Shown: positions 37,979 through 47,400, numbered from the stretch's first letter. The stretch: DNA of 56,238 bases from an uncultured delta proteobacterium (GCA_963708955.1 CAVPWJ010000057.1:1-56238), one strand, 5' to 3'. Numbers and translations are program-made. Notes: a model not told the origin generated them from the letters alone.

Positions 37979-38776
37979 CTAGGCGACGAAACGGCTCCCC
38001 GCCGCTGGGGGATCGACGGGGGGGCCCGCGAAACACTGAGCGATGGACAGCCACCGGTTGGCTGCGTCACCGAGGACATGGAGCTTCGTATCCGCGATAT
38101 TTCGAACCTGCGTTACCACTTGGCAAAACTCGGCCGCCGAGCCCTCCACCCGGTTTTCCTCACTGGGCTCATTCCAAGTCCAGATCGCGCCGGAGGGTGC
38201 GGTGAGGCGAATGTGCGGAACTTCGGTCGGGACATCCAGTCCGCGGTTCGTGAAGGTCCAGCCGAAGGTATTCACGCCCAGTGTAACGATATTCTTGATG
38301 CGGTCGGTGTTGACTCGTTCGACCCCGAGCAGGTCGTATACCTCTTGACCATGTGCCCACGTTTCCATCAGGCGTGCGGTAATGCTTGAGCGAACGCTCA
38401 TATCCGGCCCGGCCCAGGCCACCCGCCCTTTCGGGTCGGCCTCGCAAAACCGCCCGCACATATCGAGGAAGAAATCACGCCACTGTTCGAGAAGGGGGTG
38501 GTTCTTGACTCCGCCGAGCCATTGCCCTTCGAACTCTGAGATCGGTCGGCCTTTCGAGAAGCCCTCGAACGCGCGAGCCAGAAACTTGCCGAAGTCATCC
38601 CGGCTTTTCAGCGACAGGTCGGCAGCCCAATTCCACATGTGCAGGTGCCCCAAGACATTGTTGATCGTCCAACCCTTGAACTGGGTCGGGCGCTCGAAGT
38701 CTGCATCCTTCAGGGGTTTGAGAAGCTGGTACAGCGCTTCGCTTTCGTCACGGAAATCGATGGGCTGCTGAAACAT
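37979..38776 (-). CDS. DinB-like / maleylpyruvate-isomerase N-terminal-domain family protein (TIGR03083/03084-like)
   Basis: 265 aa. KGWTINNVLGHLHMWNWAADL is a DinB-type metal-ligand His region. ..SITARLMETWAHGQEVYDLLG.. and ..AAEFCQVVTQVRN.. also fit. Family recognised from memory, not searched. Confidence 0.65.
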   Translation of the reverse strand: MFQQPIDFRDESEALYQLLKPLKDADFERPTQFKGWTINNVLGHLHMWNWAADLSLKSRDDFGKFLARAFEGFSKGRPISEFEGQWLGGVKNHPLLEQWRDFFLDMCGRFCEADPKGRVAWAGPDMSVRSSITARLMETWAHGQEVYDLLGVERVNTDRIKNIVTLGVNTFGWTFTNRGLDVPTEVPHIRLTAPSGAIWTWNEPSEENRVEGSAAEFCQVVTQVRNIADTKLHVLGDAANRWLSIAQCFAGPPVDPPAAGSRFVA

Positions 38777-38815
38777 TTCGTCAAGTCTCCCCTCTCGCTC
38801 GTGAGCCGACCGCGA

Positions 38816-40807
38816 TCAGTCTTCCGCGACGTCGATCCCGAGGATTCGATCGTTTCCCGCGACCTGGTCGCCCGGTTTTCGAAAGATCTCCCGAACAACG
38901 CCATCGACTCTGGCGGTGATTTCGTGTTGCATTTTCATCGCCTCGAGCACCGCCAGGCGATCTCCTTTCCGAACCGGGCTCCCCTCAGTCACGAGAATCT
39001 CCAACAACCGGCCGTGCATTGGCGCAACGATGCTCCCGCTGCCAGCGGATTCTCCCATGTCGGCGATCAAGCCGATGCGGTTGCGAAAAGAGAAGGCCCG
39101 TCCATCCATCGACAAGTGAATCTGTCGGGGATCGGGAATATAGCTCAGGATCTGCCTTCTGGAATCGCCAACGAACACTTCCGCCAGAACGGAATCTTGG
39201 CTCAAGACTCTGACGACGATCTGTTCGCCTCCCTGACTGACGGCGTACTCGCTCCGGCTCAGCGGAGAAACGGTCAAATCGAAGTTGGTGTCTCCAACGT
39301 CATAGAGATACCGGCTCATCAACTGTCCGGAGCTTCTCCAGTTCTTCAGTTCCTCCGCAACCGAGACCGCGCGCGCCGATGCCGTCTCTCGTGCTTCGCA
39401 GTAGTGGAGCACCGCCGCGGCGGCAGCCTGTTCCAGCGTCGGTTGCGTATTCTTCAGGTCGACTTCGGAGAACTCCTCGGGGATGAACGCAGTCGTCGCT
39501 CCGCCCCGAGCAAAGGTGTCCCGGCCGAGCGCGGCGATCAGGAAGTCCCGGTTCGACCGGGGTCCGAAAAGCGCCGTATCCCTGAGCGCCCTGAGCAGGC
39601 GGCCGCGGCTGATTTCCCTTGTCTCTCCCCAGGCGATGATCTTTGCGAGCATTGGGTCGTAGAAGGGCGAGATCTCGAGGCCGGTCTCGATGCCGGCGTC
39701 GACCCGAATTCCCTCACCGCTCGGGGGACGCCAGAGATCGATCCTGCCGGTGCTTGGTAAGAAGTCCCGGGCGGGATCCTCGGCATACAGGCGGATCTCG
39801 ATCGCGTGGCCCTTCAGGGAAACGTCGGCCTGCGAGAGACCCAGCGGCTCGCCCCGGGCGATTGCGATCTGGAGAGCCACGAGATCGAGACCGGTGATCA
39901 ACTCGGTGACGGGGTGCTCGACCTGAAGCCGGGTGTTCATTTCGAGGAAGTAGAACTCGCCGCTCGGGTCGAGGAGGAATTCCACCGTCCCGGCCCCACG
40001 ATAAGCGATGCTTCGTGCCGCTTCGACGGCAGCCCCCCCCATCCTGGCGCGCAGCTCCGGTGTCATGACCGGGCAGGGAGCTTCCTCGATGACTTTTTGG
40101 TGGCGGCGCTGGACGGAGCAGTCGCGCTCGCCGAGATAGATCACGTTGCCGTGAGTGTCCGCGACGATCTGAATCTCGACGTGGCGAGGCCGAAGAATCG
40201 CCTTCTCGAGGATAAGCTCTCCGGAGCCGAAAGCGTTCTCGGCCTCCGACCGCGCAAGCTTCAGCGCTGCGGGGAGATCCCCGGGAGCCGTCACGAGCCG
40301 CATGCCGCGCCCACCGCCCCCGGCCGCGGCCTTGACCATGACCGGAAAACCGATCCCCTGAGCGGCTTTCCGGAATACGGCCTCGGATTGATCCTTGCCC
40401 TCGTATCCCGGCACGCATGGGACCCCCGCTTCGATCATTCTTCTCTTCGCCTCGGCCTTGTTGCCCATCGCATCGATGGCATCCGCCGTTGGGCCGATGA
40501 AGGTCAGCCCCGCCGCTTCGCAAGCGCGCGCAAAACCGGCGTTCTCGGACAGGAAGCCGTAGCCCGGATGAATGGCTTCGGCGCCGGTCTTCCTGGCGGC
40601 GGCCAGGATACGGTCGACGTTGAGATACGATTCCCCAACCGGAGGCGGACCGATCAGGGCCGCGTCATCGGCGGCCTTCACGTGGGGCGCTGCCCAGTCG
40701 GCTTCGGAATACACGGCGATGGATCGATACCCCAGCGCCTTGGCGGTCCGCATGACGCGAACGGCAATCTCTCCTCGGTTTGCTACGAGAATACTTCTGA
40801 AAGACAT
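38816..40807 (-). CDS. Acyl-CoA carboxylase alpha subunit (biotin carboxylase + biotin carboxyl carrier domain)
   Basis: N-terminus is MSFRSILVANRGEIAVRVMRTAKALG. ATP-grasp part has GFPVMVKAAAGGGGRGMR and EMNTRLQVEHPVTE. C-terminal biotinylation motif is LEAMKMQHEI. Confidence 0.9.
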   Translation of the reverse strand: MSFRSILVANRGEIAVRVMRTAKALGYRSIAVYSEADWAAPHVKAADDAALIGPPPVGESYLNVDRILAAARKTGAEAIHPGYGFLSENAGFARACEAAGLTFIGPTADAIDAMGNKAEAKRRMIEAGVPCVPGYEGKDQSEAVFRKAAQGIGFPVMVKAAAGGGGRGMRLVTAPGDLPAALKLARSEAENAFGSGELILEKAILRPRHVEIQIVADTHGNVIYLGERDCSVQRRHQKVIEEAPCPVMTPELRARMGGAAVEAARSIAYRGAGTVEFLLDPSGEFYFLEMNTRLQVEHPVTELITGLDLVALQIAIARGEPLGLSQADVSLKGHAIEIRLYAEDPARDFLPSTGRIDLWRPPSGEGIRVDAGIETGLEISPFYDPMLAKIIAWGETREISRGRLLRALRDTALFGPRSNRDFLIAALGRDTFARGGATTAFIPEEFSEVDLKNTQPTLEQAAAAAVLHYCEARETASARAVSVAEELKNWRSSGQLMSRYLYDVGDTNFDLTVSPLSRSEYAVSQGGEQIVVRVLSQDSVLAEVFVGDSRRQILSYIPDPRQIHLSMDGRAFSFRNRIGLIADMGESAGSGSIVAPMHGRLLEILVTEGSPVRKGDRLAVLEAMKMQHEITARVDGVVREIFRKPGDQVAGNDRILGIDVAED

Positions 40808-40900
40808 CGAGTTCGACTCTCCTCGCTCGTCTCAATTCGAAAGCCAGTAGGGCTCCCGGAGCTCGGTCGCGGGTATGGGGAGCATCGGGTATTCCTCCCG

Positions 40901-42523
40901 CTACATTCTCGCAATGCCGAAGCTGTTGGGCCGAAGCGTGCGGTGGCGACTCTCCCAACAAGTTTCCAGGGCGAAGCCGAGGACCTTGCGCGTATCCCGC
41001 GGATCGATGATCCCGTGATCCAGAGCGCGCCCCGATGTGTAGAAAGCATTCGACTGGGCGTCGTAGTGCTTGATGATGGCTTCTTTCTGCGCCGCCAAAG
41101 CCTCTTCGTCCACTTTCGTTCCACGCCGCTCGGCGGAATTCCGCATCACTTGCTCCATGGTGAGGGCGGCTTGCTCGCCTCCCATGACACCTGTCGTCGC
41201 GTTGGGCCAGGCGAACAAGAAGTCCGGCTTATACGCGTAACCGCACATGCCGTAATTCCCCGCTCCGAAGCTCGCGCCGATATACAGCGAGATCCGGGGA
41301 ACGGAAACGTTCGAGACCGCCTGAATCATCTTGGAGCCGTGCTTGATCATCCCGGCTTGCTCGTATTGCGTCCCCACCATGTAGCCGGTGGTATTGTTCA
41401 GCAGGATCAACGGCAGGTTCGATTGGTCGCAGAGCTGGAAGAACTGAGCGGCCTTCGCCGCACCGTTCGGATCGATTGGCCCGTTGTTGCCGATGATTCC
41501 ACAGGTCTGTCCGAAAATGTCCGCGTGCAGGCAGACCGTGGCTGGGCCGAAGCGAGACTTGAACTCGATGAACTCGGAGCCGTCGACGATGCGGGCGACG
41601 ACTTCGCGGACGTCGTACGGCTTCTTGTAGTCGACCGGCACGATGCCGGCGATCTCATCGGCGCTGTAGATCGGTTCCTTGAAGGTTTTTCGCGGAGGAA
41701 TCTCGCAGTGGACGTTCCAAGCGAGCTGCCCCATCAGATCCCGGGCGATCTGGACACCATGCGCATCGTCCTCGGCGAGATACTCGACGAGACCGGAAAC
41801 CGATGAATGCATCTCGGCGCCGCCAAGTTGCTGCTCGTCCGCAATCTCTCCCGTTGCCGCCCGCACGAGTGCCGCCCCGGCCAGCGCCGCCATGCCGTTC
41901 TTCTTCACGCCAATCACGAAATCGCTCATGCCGGGTTGGTACGCGCCGCCTGCCGTGGACGGTCCATGCAGCACGACGAACGTGGGGATTCCGGCGGAGC
42001 TCAGGCGAGCCAGGCCATAGAACATGCCTCCACCGTTCGCCCACATCTCGACCGTGTAGGCCATGAGATTCGCGCCGGCGCTTTCCACCAAATGAATGAC
42101 GGGGAGCTTGTGATTGAGGGCGAGGGCGAGGCATCCAAGGAACTTGTCGCAGGTTTCCGTGGTTACGGCACCCGCGTTGATGCCGCTGTCGTCGACGACG
42201 AGCATGCAGCGCGCGCCGTTGACGAAACCGATGCCGGTGATGAGGCTGGCCCCGGGGATGCTCGTGTCGGGGTTCGGATCGTCGACGAGATAGCTCACCA
42301 TGTTGTAGATCTCGAGAAAGGGCATTCCCGGATCGAGCAGCCGCAATAGCCGCTCACGAGGCGTGAGTTGGCCACGCTCGTCGAACCGGGGCCGGCGACG
42401 CTCGGAAAGCGTAGTGGCACGGCCTTCCAGCTCGCGAAGTTTTCTCACCCGGCCGAGCATGTCCGCCCGGTGGGTGGCGAAGGTGCCTGAGCTTGTTTCA
42501 ATCTTTGAGCGAAAAACGTTCAT
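40901..42523 (-). CDS. Acyl-CoA carboxylase carboxyltransferase (beta) subunit, MCC/GCC-like
   Basis: 540 aa. ..ERGQLTPRERLLRLLDPGMPFLEI.., ..VVDDSGINAGAVT.., ..HGPSTAGGAYQPGMSD.., ..LYIGASFGAGNYGMCG.., ..AWPNATTGVMGGEQAA.. together indicate duplicated crotonase-fold CT domains. Confidence 0.9.
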   Translation of the reverse strand: MNVFRSKIETSSGTFATHRADMLGRVRKLRELEGRATTLSERRRPRFDERGQLTPRERLLRLLDPGMPFLEIYNMVSYLVDDPNPDTSIPGASLITGIGFVNGARCMLVVDDSGINAGAVTTETCDKFLGCLALALNHKLPVIHLVESAGANLMAYTVEMWANGGGMFYGLARLSSAGIPTFVVLHGPSTAGGAYQPGMSDFVIGVKKNGMAALAGAALVRAATGEIADEQQLGGAEMHSSVSGLVEYLAEDDAHGVQIARDLMGQLAWNVHCEIPPRKTFKEPIYSADEIAGIVPVDYKKPYDVREVVARIVDGSEFIEFKSRFGPATVCLHADIFGQTCGIIGNNGPIDPNGAAKAAQFFQLCDQSNLPLILLNNTTGYMVGTQYEQAGMIKHGSKMIQAVSNVSVPRISLYIGASFGAGNYGMCGYAYKPDFLFAWPNATTGVMGGEQAALTMEQVMRNSAERRGTKVDEEALAAQKEAIIKHYDAQSNAFYTSGRALDHGIIDPRDTRKVLGFALETCWESRHRTLRPNSFGIARM

Positions 42524-42615
42524 TGGACTGACTCGGCCATTTCTCTCGGGATCGAGATGGGGACGTCGCGCTTGGGAATCAGGAACGAGAAGATAGGAAT
42601 CATCTTTTCGGACAT
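42520..42615 (-). CDS. Candidate 31-aa small ORF translationally coupled (ATGA) to the carboxyltransferase gene
   Basis: Hand translation gives MSEKMIPIFSFLIPKRDVPISIPREMAESVQ*. Its TGA (42522-42520) overlaps the ATG (42523-42521) of the next gene. AAGGGAAA lies upstream. Below the ORF-track length cutoff. Confidence 0.3.
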   Translation of the reverse strand: MSEKMIPIFSFLIPKRDVPISIPREMAESVQ

Positions 42616-42699
42616 CTTTACGTTTCCCTTACAACCGCAGTGATTGCTGCCGGGTGAACATTCGCCGTCTCGGTGGCATGTCTCCGCCGAAGTGGATCA

Positions 42700-42862
42700 C
42701 GAACCGGTGGTCGCACTCAAGGGGGCGAAATGCCTCGGCCGGTGATACTCGTCTGACCGTATACAAAAAATCCGGCCGGCTCGGCAAGGAAGGCGATCTC
42801 TTCCGGCCGATGCCGCGAGAGCCGCCCGTCACCAAAGCAACCGGCGTCGTTCGCTCCGCCAT
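42700..42862 (-). pseudogene. Short-chain dehydrogenase/reductase (SDR) 5' relic, frameshifted and 3'-truncated
   Basis: GGAGG-6 nt-ATG at 42862, then MAERTTPVALVTGGSRGIGR (the TGxxxGIG cofactor motif). The continuation EIAFLAEPAGFFVYGQTSITGRG is in another frame and stops. No catalytic YxxxK region follows. Confidence 0.5.
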
Positions 42863-42864
42863 CG

Positions 42865-42996
42865 TCAACCTCCGGCATCGACTTCGAGACCAAGATCTTC
42901 GTTCTTGTAGACCGTGCCGGCGATCCCGCCTCCCATGCCCGCATTGAAAATCGGCAGCTCGATCCCCAGATCGGCGCACGGCGCCGTCTTCGACAT
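42865..42996 (-). pseudogene. Nitronate monooxygenase (NMO/FabK-like) N-terminal relic
   Basis: GGGGAGG-7 nt-ATG at 42996, then MSKTAPCADLGIELPIFNAGMGGGIAGTV. This resembles the NMO N-terminal FMN-binding motif (..PIIQAPM.GG..). It runs into a stop after 43 codons. Confidence 0.45.
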
Positions 42997-43024
42997 GGCG
43001 CGACCTCCCCGGGGTGCGCTCTCC

Positions 43025-44029
43025 TTACGGCGGCGGGCTCGCGGGGCACAACGACTCTTTGGCGGCGGCGCCTTGCGGCTGGGGCACGAAGTCGCGCGCG
43101 CGTTGCTTCAGTTCTCGGAACTTGTCCGATGCGACATCGATCCGCTCCTGCCACTCGGCGCTGATCGGCTGTCCGACCGCGTGCTTGTAGAACGTGACGA
43201 GCACCGAGATCATCACGAACGGATTGACGATCGAGAGCTTCAAAACGTAGCCGAAGAGGAACGGCATCAGGAAGACCACCGACTGAAGCGTCCCGTGCTT
43301 GGCGCCGAGCGAGTAGGAGATCGGCCAAAAAAAGATCCCGAGAACGAGCACGATCACGCCGAAGCTCGCCCAAGCGGCGATCGCCATGACGACGGCGTTG
43401 GCGAGCACGTGCTGGTAGCTCTGGGCATAGAGCACGACCCCTTCGAGGGCGCTCTGCCATACGTTCCTCTCCTTCTTGTAGAGCGAATAGCTGAGCACGG
43501 TCTCGTCGATGAAGCTCGTCGCCATGGCGACGACCCTCCCCGTCCACTGCGCGAGACTCTCGATCCCGGGGATCGGAATCCACGCGGAGACGTTCTCGAT
43601 CAGCCGGTTGACGGCGCGCGTGGAGCCTTTGACCAGGCCGTCGAGCACGAACAGCAGGTTGACGTCGACGAATTGCTCGAAGACCAGACGCTTGCCGAGG
43701 CCGTACTGGCTCTCGCCGGCGGGCAGCTCGCCCGTGGCCAAGTACGCCGTCGCGACCGCGACGTGTCCGACCTTCACCACGTGGAGCAGCCAACTGCGCG
43801 CCAGGCCGACCAGTCCCCACCCTCCGCCGAATCCCGCGACGACGACGATGAAGGCCATGAAGCCGCCGATGCCGCCCCCGACTTTCGCAAACAGCGCGGC
43901 CAAGCCGAAGATCGCCGCCGAGTAGACCAGCGCCGCCAGGCCGAAAGCCAAGTAAATTCCGGCTCGGACGATCACGAAGGGCAGCGTCCTCAGGAAGATA
44001 CGGGTGGTCTCGCCGAGATAGAGGTTCAT
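43025..44029 (-). CDS. Hypothetical polytopic membrane protein
   Basis: Start MNLYLGETTRIFLRTLPFVIVRAG at 44029. Several long hydrophobic helices (..AAIFGLAALFAKVGGGIGGFMAFIVVVAGFGGGWGLVGL.., ..VVMAIAAWASFGVIVLVLGIFFWPI..). No family recognised. Confidence 0.7.
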   Translation of the reverse strand: MNLYLGETTRIFLRTLPFVIVRAGIYLAFGLAALVYSAAIFGLAALFAKVGGGIGGFMAFIVVVAGFGGGWGLVGLARSWLLHVVKVGHVAVATAYLATGELPAGESQYGLGKRLVFEQFVDVNLLFVLDGLVKGSTRAVNRLIENVSAWIPIPGIESLAQWTGRVVAMATSFIDETVLSYSLYKKERNVWQSALEGVVLYAQSYQHVLANAVVMAIAAWASFGVIVLVLGIFFWPISYSLGAKHGTLQSVVFLMPFLFGYVLKLSIVNPFVMISVLVTFYKHAVGQPISAEWQERIDVASDKFRELKQRARDFVPQPQGAAAKESLCPASPPP

Positions 44030-44074
44030 TGGGGGTTCTCTCCGCCTCCGCTGCCGGCCCGGTCGTCTACGAGC

Positions 44075-44167
44075 GCGGCTTCGCAGCCGCAACCAAGCGA
44101 CGGTAGTCTGCTGAGGCCTCGTATCTCATACTTCTTCGTGTGCAGCCGCGAAATTCTGCCGTAGTAG
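44075..44167. repeat. Copy B of the diverged direct repeat
   Basis: Copy B reads GCGGCT-tcgc-AGCCGC..AACCAAG..TGCTGAGGCCTCGTATCTCATACTTCTTCGTGTGCAGCCGCGAAATTCTGCCGTAGTAG. It has the same order and orientation as 29168-29257. Confidence 0.6.
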
Positions 44168-44300
44168 CTAGAGGCCGGTGAAGTTCAGCTTTCGCTTATC
44201 GAGGAAAGCTGCCATCGCCTCCTTCAGATCGCCGCTGTTCAGAAACGGGACGAGCAGCAGGAAGATCACGAACCCGACTCGCTGGCGCATGTCGAGAGGC
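44168..44300 (-). pseudogene. Enoyl-CoA hydratase/crotonase C-terminal relic
   Basis: The minus strand ends in ..FLNSGDLKEAMAAFLDKRKLNFTGL*. This resembles the canonical crotonase C-terminus (..D..EG..AF.EKR.P.F.G). There is no crotonase core upstream. Confidence 0.45.
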
Positions 44301-44416
44301 GTGGAACGGGTCGGTCGGATTGTCAAGCGGATGCTTCCGAGATAGCGAAGCCACGCTGAGAGTCTGAGAGCGGCTTCGCCTGCTACTGCGCGTGCGCTGT
44401 CGATGGAGGTGGAAGA

Positions 44417-47400
44417 ATGAAGCATCGAAACTTCGGCGTGCTCGTGCTCGGCGCTCTGGGTTTCGCGGCGTCCACGCTGGCTGGTCCCCTGCCGCGAGAG
44501 CAGGTTCCTGAGTCCTTGCGCCCGTGGGTCGACTGGGTGCTGCGCGGCCACGAGGAAGAGCAGTGCCCGTTATTGGAAGGTGCGGGCGATCGGCGGCGCT
44601 GCGTGTGGCCCTCGCGCCTGGTGCTCGAGCTGGACGAGACGAGCGGCCGGTTCACGCAGCAGTGGCGCGTCGATCGCGAGGACTGGGTGCCGCTTCCCGG
44701 CGACCCGACGCGCTGGCCGCAGGACGTTCGGGTCGATGGCAAGCCCGCGACGGTGGTACCGCAGGGCGGCGTACCCGCGGTGCGGCTCGGCAAGGGCAAG
44801 CACGAGGTTGTCGCGGCGTTCGCCTGGGATCAGCTCCCTGAGCTGCTGCCGGTGCCGCCGGAGACCGGCCTCATCGCCCTCACGCTCGACGGCCAGACGG
44901 TGGCGTTCCCCAAGCGCGATCCGCTCGGGCAACTGTGGTTGAAGAGCCGCGCCGGCGCCGCGGTCGAGGAAGCTCGGCTCGACGTCCGCGTCGATCGGCG
45001 GGTGACCGACGAGATCCCGCTCGAGCTCGCTACGCGCGTGGAGATCAGGGTGTCGGGCAAGAGCCGCGAGGTCTTGCTCGCGCGGGCTCTTCCCGAAGGA
45101 TTCGTGGCGATGGCGCTCGACAGCCCGCTGCCGGCGCGCGCCGAACCCGACGGGCGGCTGCGCGTGCAGGTGCGCGCCGGCGCCTGGACGCTCGTGCTGC
45201 GCGCCCGCCACTCGGGGCCGGTCGCGGCGCTCGCGCTGGCGCCGAGCGACGGACCGTGGGCGGCGGAGGAGGTGTGGGTGTTCGAGGCGCGCAATTCGCT
45301 CCGTCTGGTCTCGGTCGAAGGCGTGCCAGCGATCGACCCGCAGCAGACGCAGCTTCCGGGGAACTGGCGGCAATTCCCCGCCTACGCGATGAAGCCGGGC
45401 AGCGTCATGAAGCTCGTCGAGAAGCGGCGCGGCGACAGCGAGCCCGCGCCTGATCAGCTCACGGTGCGGCGCACCTGGTGGCTCGACTTCGACGGCGGCG
45501 GCTACACGGTGAGAGACGACCTCTCCGGCAGCCTCGATCAGAGCTGGCGGCTCGAGATGCCGCCGCCGATGACGCTCGGCCGGGTCGCCGTCGGCGGCCG
45601 CGATCAACTGATCACCCGCCGGAGCGATCCCTCCGTGCCCGGTGTCGAGATCCGCCAGGGCCAGCTGCAGGCGCAGGCCGACAGTCGCTTGTCCGGAGCC
45701 ATATCGCGCGTGCCGGCGGTGGGATGGAGTCACGATTTCCACCAGGTCTCGGGCGTACTCAACCTGCCGCCGGGGTGGCGTCTCCTCCATGCCTCGGGCG
45801 TCGACGACGTGTCGTCGACGTGGATCACCGATTGGACGCTGCTCGATCTCTTCCTCGTGCTAATCGTCGTCATGGCGGCGGCGAGGATCTGGAGTTTCGC
45901 CTGGGGCGCGATCGCGCTCGCCATGCTCGTGCTCGTCTACCTCGAGCCCGGCGCGCCGCGCGGCCTCTGGCTCGCGCTGCTCGCCGCGGAAGCGCTGATC
46001 CCCGTGCTGCCCGCCGGGCGGGTGCTGCGGCTGGTGCGCGTCTACCGAGCCGCCGTGCTCGTCGCGCTGGTGATGGTCTCGATCCCCTTCATGGCGAACG
46101 AGCTGCGCAGAGGCATGTATCCGGGGCTCGAGATCCCCCGGCCGAGCGCGCTGCGCGCCGAAGCCGGCCTCGGGGGAACGGCGCCGTCGCGCAGCGTTCT
46201 GGCTCTCGCGCCGATGCCGCAGGAGGCGATGGAGCTGCCGCAAGCGCCGCAAGCGAACATGCGGAAAGGCGGCCGAGTCGGCGTCCTTGCCGGCGGCGCG
46301 ATCGATCGCTTCCAGTCCGAGATCGAGGAGTACGGCGCCTACGACGAGAAAGCCATGGTCTCGACGGGGCCCGGCCTGCCGCGCTGGCAGTGGCGAACGA
46401 TCTCGCTCGGCTGGCGCGGCCCGGTGGAGAGCGGCCAGCAGATCCGCCTGTGGCTCCTTTCCCCGGCGATCAACCTCGTGCTCGCCTTCCTGCGGGTGGC
46501 GCTGCTCGCCGCGGTACTCTGGAAGAGCCTCCACGGCGCGCTCCGGGCCGGACCGGCGATCCCCGCCGGCGCGACGGCTGCCGTGCTGGCGCTCGCGGCG
46601 GCGCTCTGCGCGCCGCTCGCCGGCGCCGCGGACTTCCCGCCGGACGAGCTGCTGAAGGACCTCCAACAGCGCCTGCTCGAGCCTCCGGAGTGCTCCCCGA
46701 GTTGCGCCTCTAGCCCGCGCCTGCGCCTCGAGGCGAGCGCCAGCGCGCTCGTTCTGCGCGTCGAGATCGATGCCGCGGCCGACACCGCCGTGCCGCTTCC
46801 CGGCGGAGCGCGCAGCTGGTCGCCCGCCAAGGTGATCGTCGATGGCGAGCCCGCCGAAGCGCTGGCGCGCGACGGCAACGGCATTCTCTGGCTCGGCGTC
46901 GCCACCGGCAAGCATCAGATCGTGCTCGAGGGTTCGCTGCCGCCGCTCGATGCCGTGGATCTGCCGCTGCCGCTCAAGCCCCATCGCGTGGAGGCGCAGG
47001 TCACCGGATGGAGCCTCGGAGGCATGCGCGAAGACGGTCTCCCCGAAGACAGCTTGCACCTCGCGCGCGCGCGCCGCGCGCAGACCGGCGCGCCGACGCT
47101 CGAGCCCGGCGAGCTGCCGGCGTTCGCTCGCCTCGAGCGCCAGCTCCGTCTCGGCCTCTCCTGGGAGATCGACAACGCGATCGTGCGGTTGACGCCGGCC
47201 GGAACTTCGTTCGGCGTGGAGGTGCCGCTACTCGCCGGCGAGTCGGTGACGGACCCGAACGTGCGCGTGGAAAACGGCAAGGCGGTGGTGGTGCTGGCAC
47301 CGGGCGTCGGCGAGGTGCGCTGGCACTCGATCCTGAAGGAAGCGCCGTCGATCACGCTCGCCGCCGCGACCTCGGCGCCGTGGGCCGAGGTCTGGCGGGT

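Noticed and set aside
38639-41806. 373-aa and 666-aa plus-strand ORFs across the carboxylase genes
   Set aside because: They are antisense to clear biotin carboxylase and carboxyltransferase coding sequence, and their translations are degenerate.
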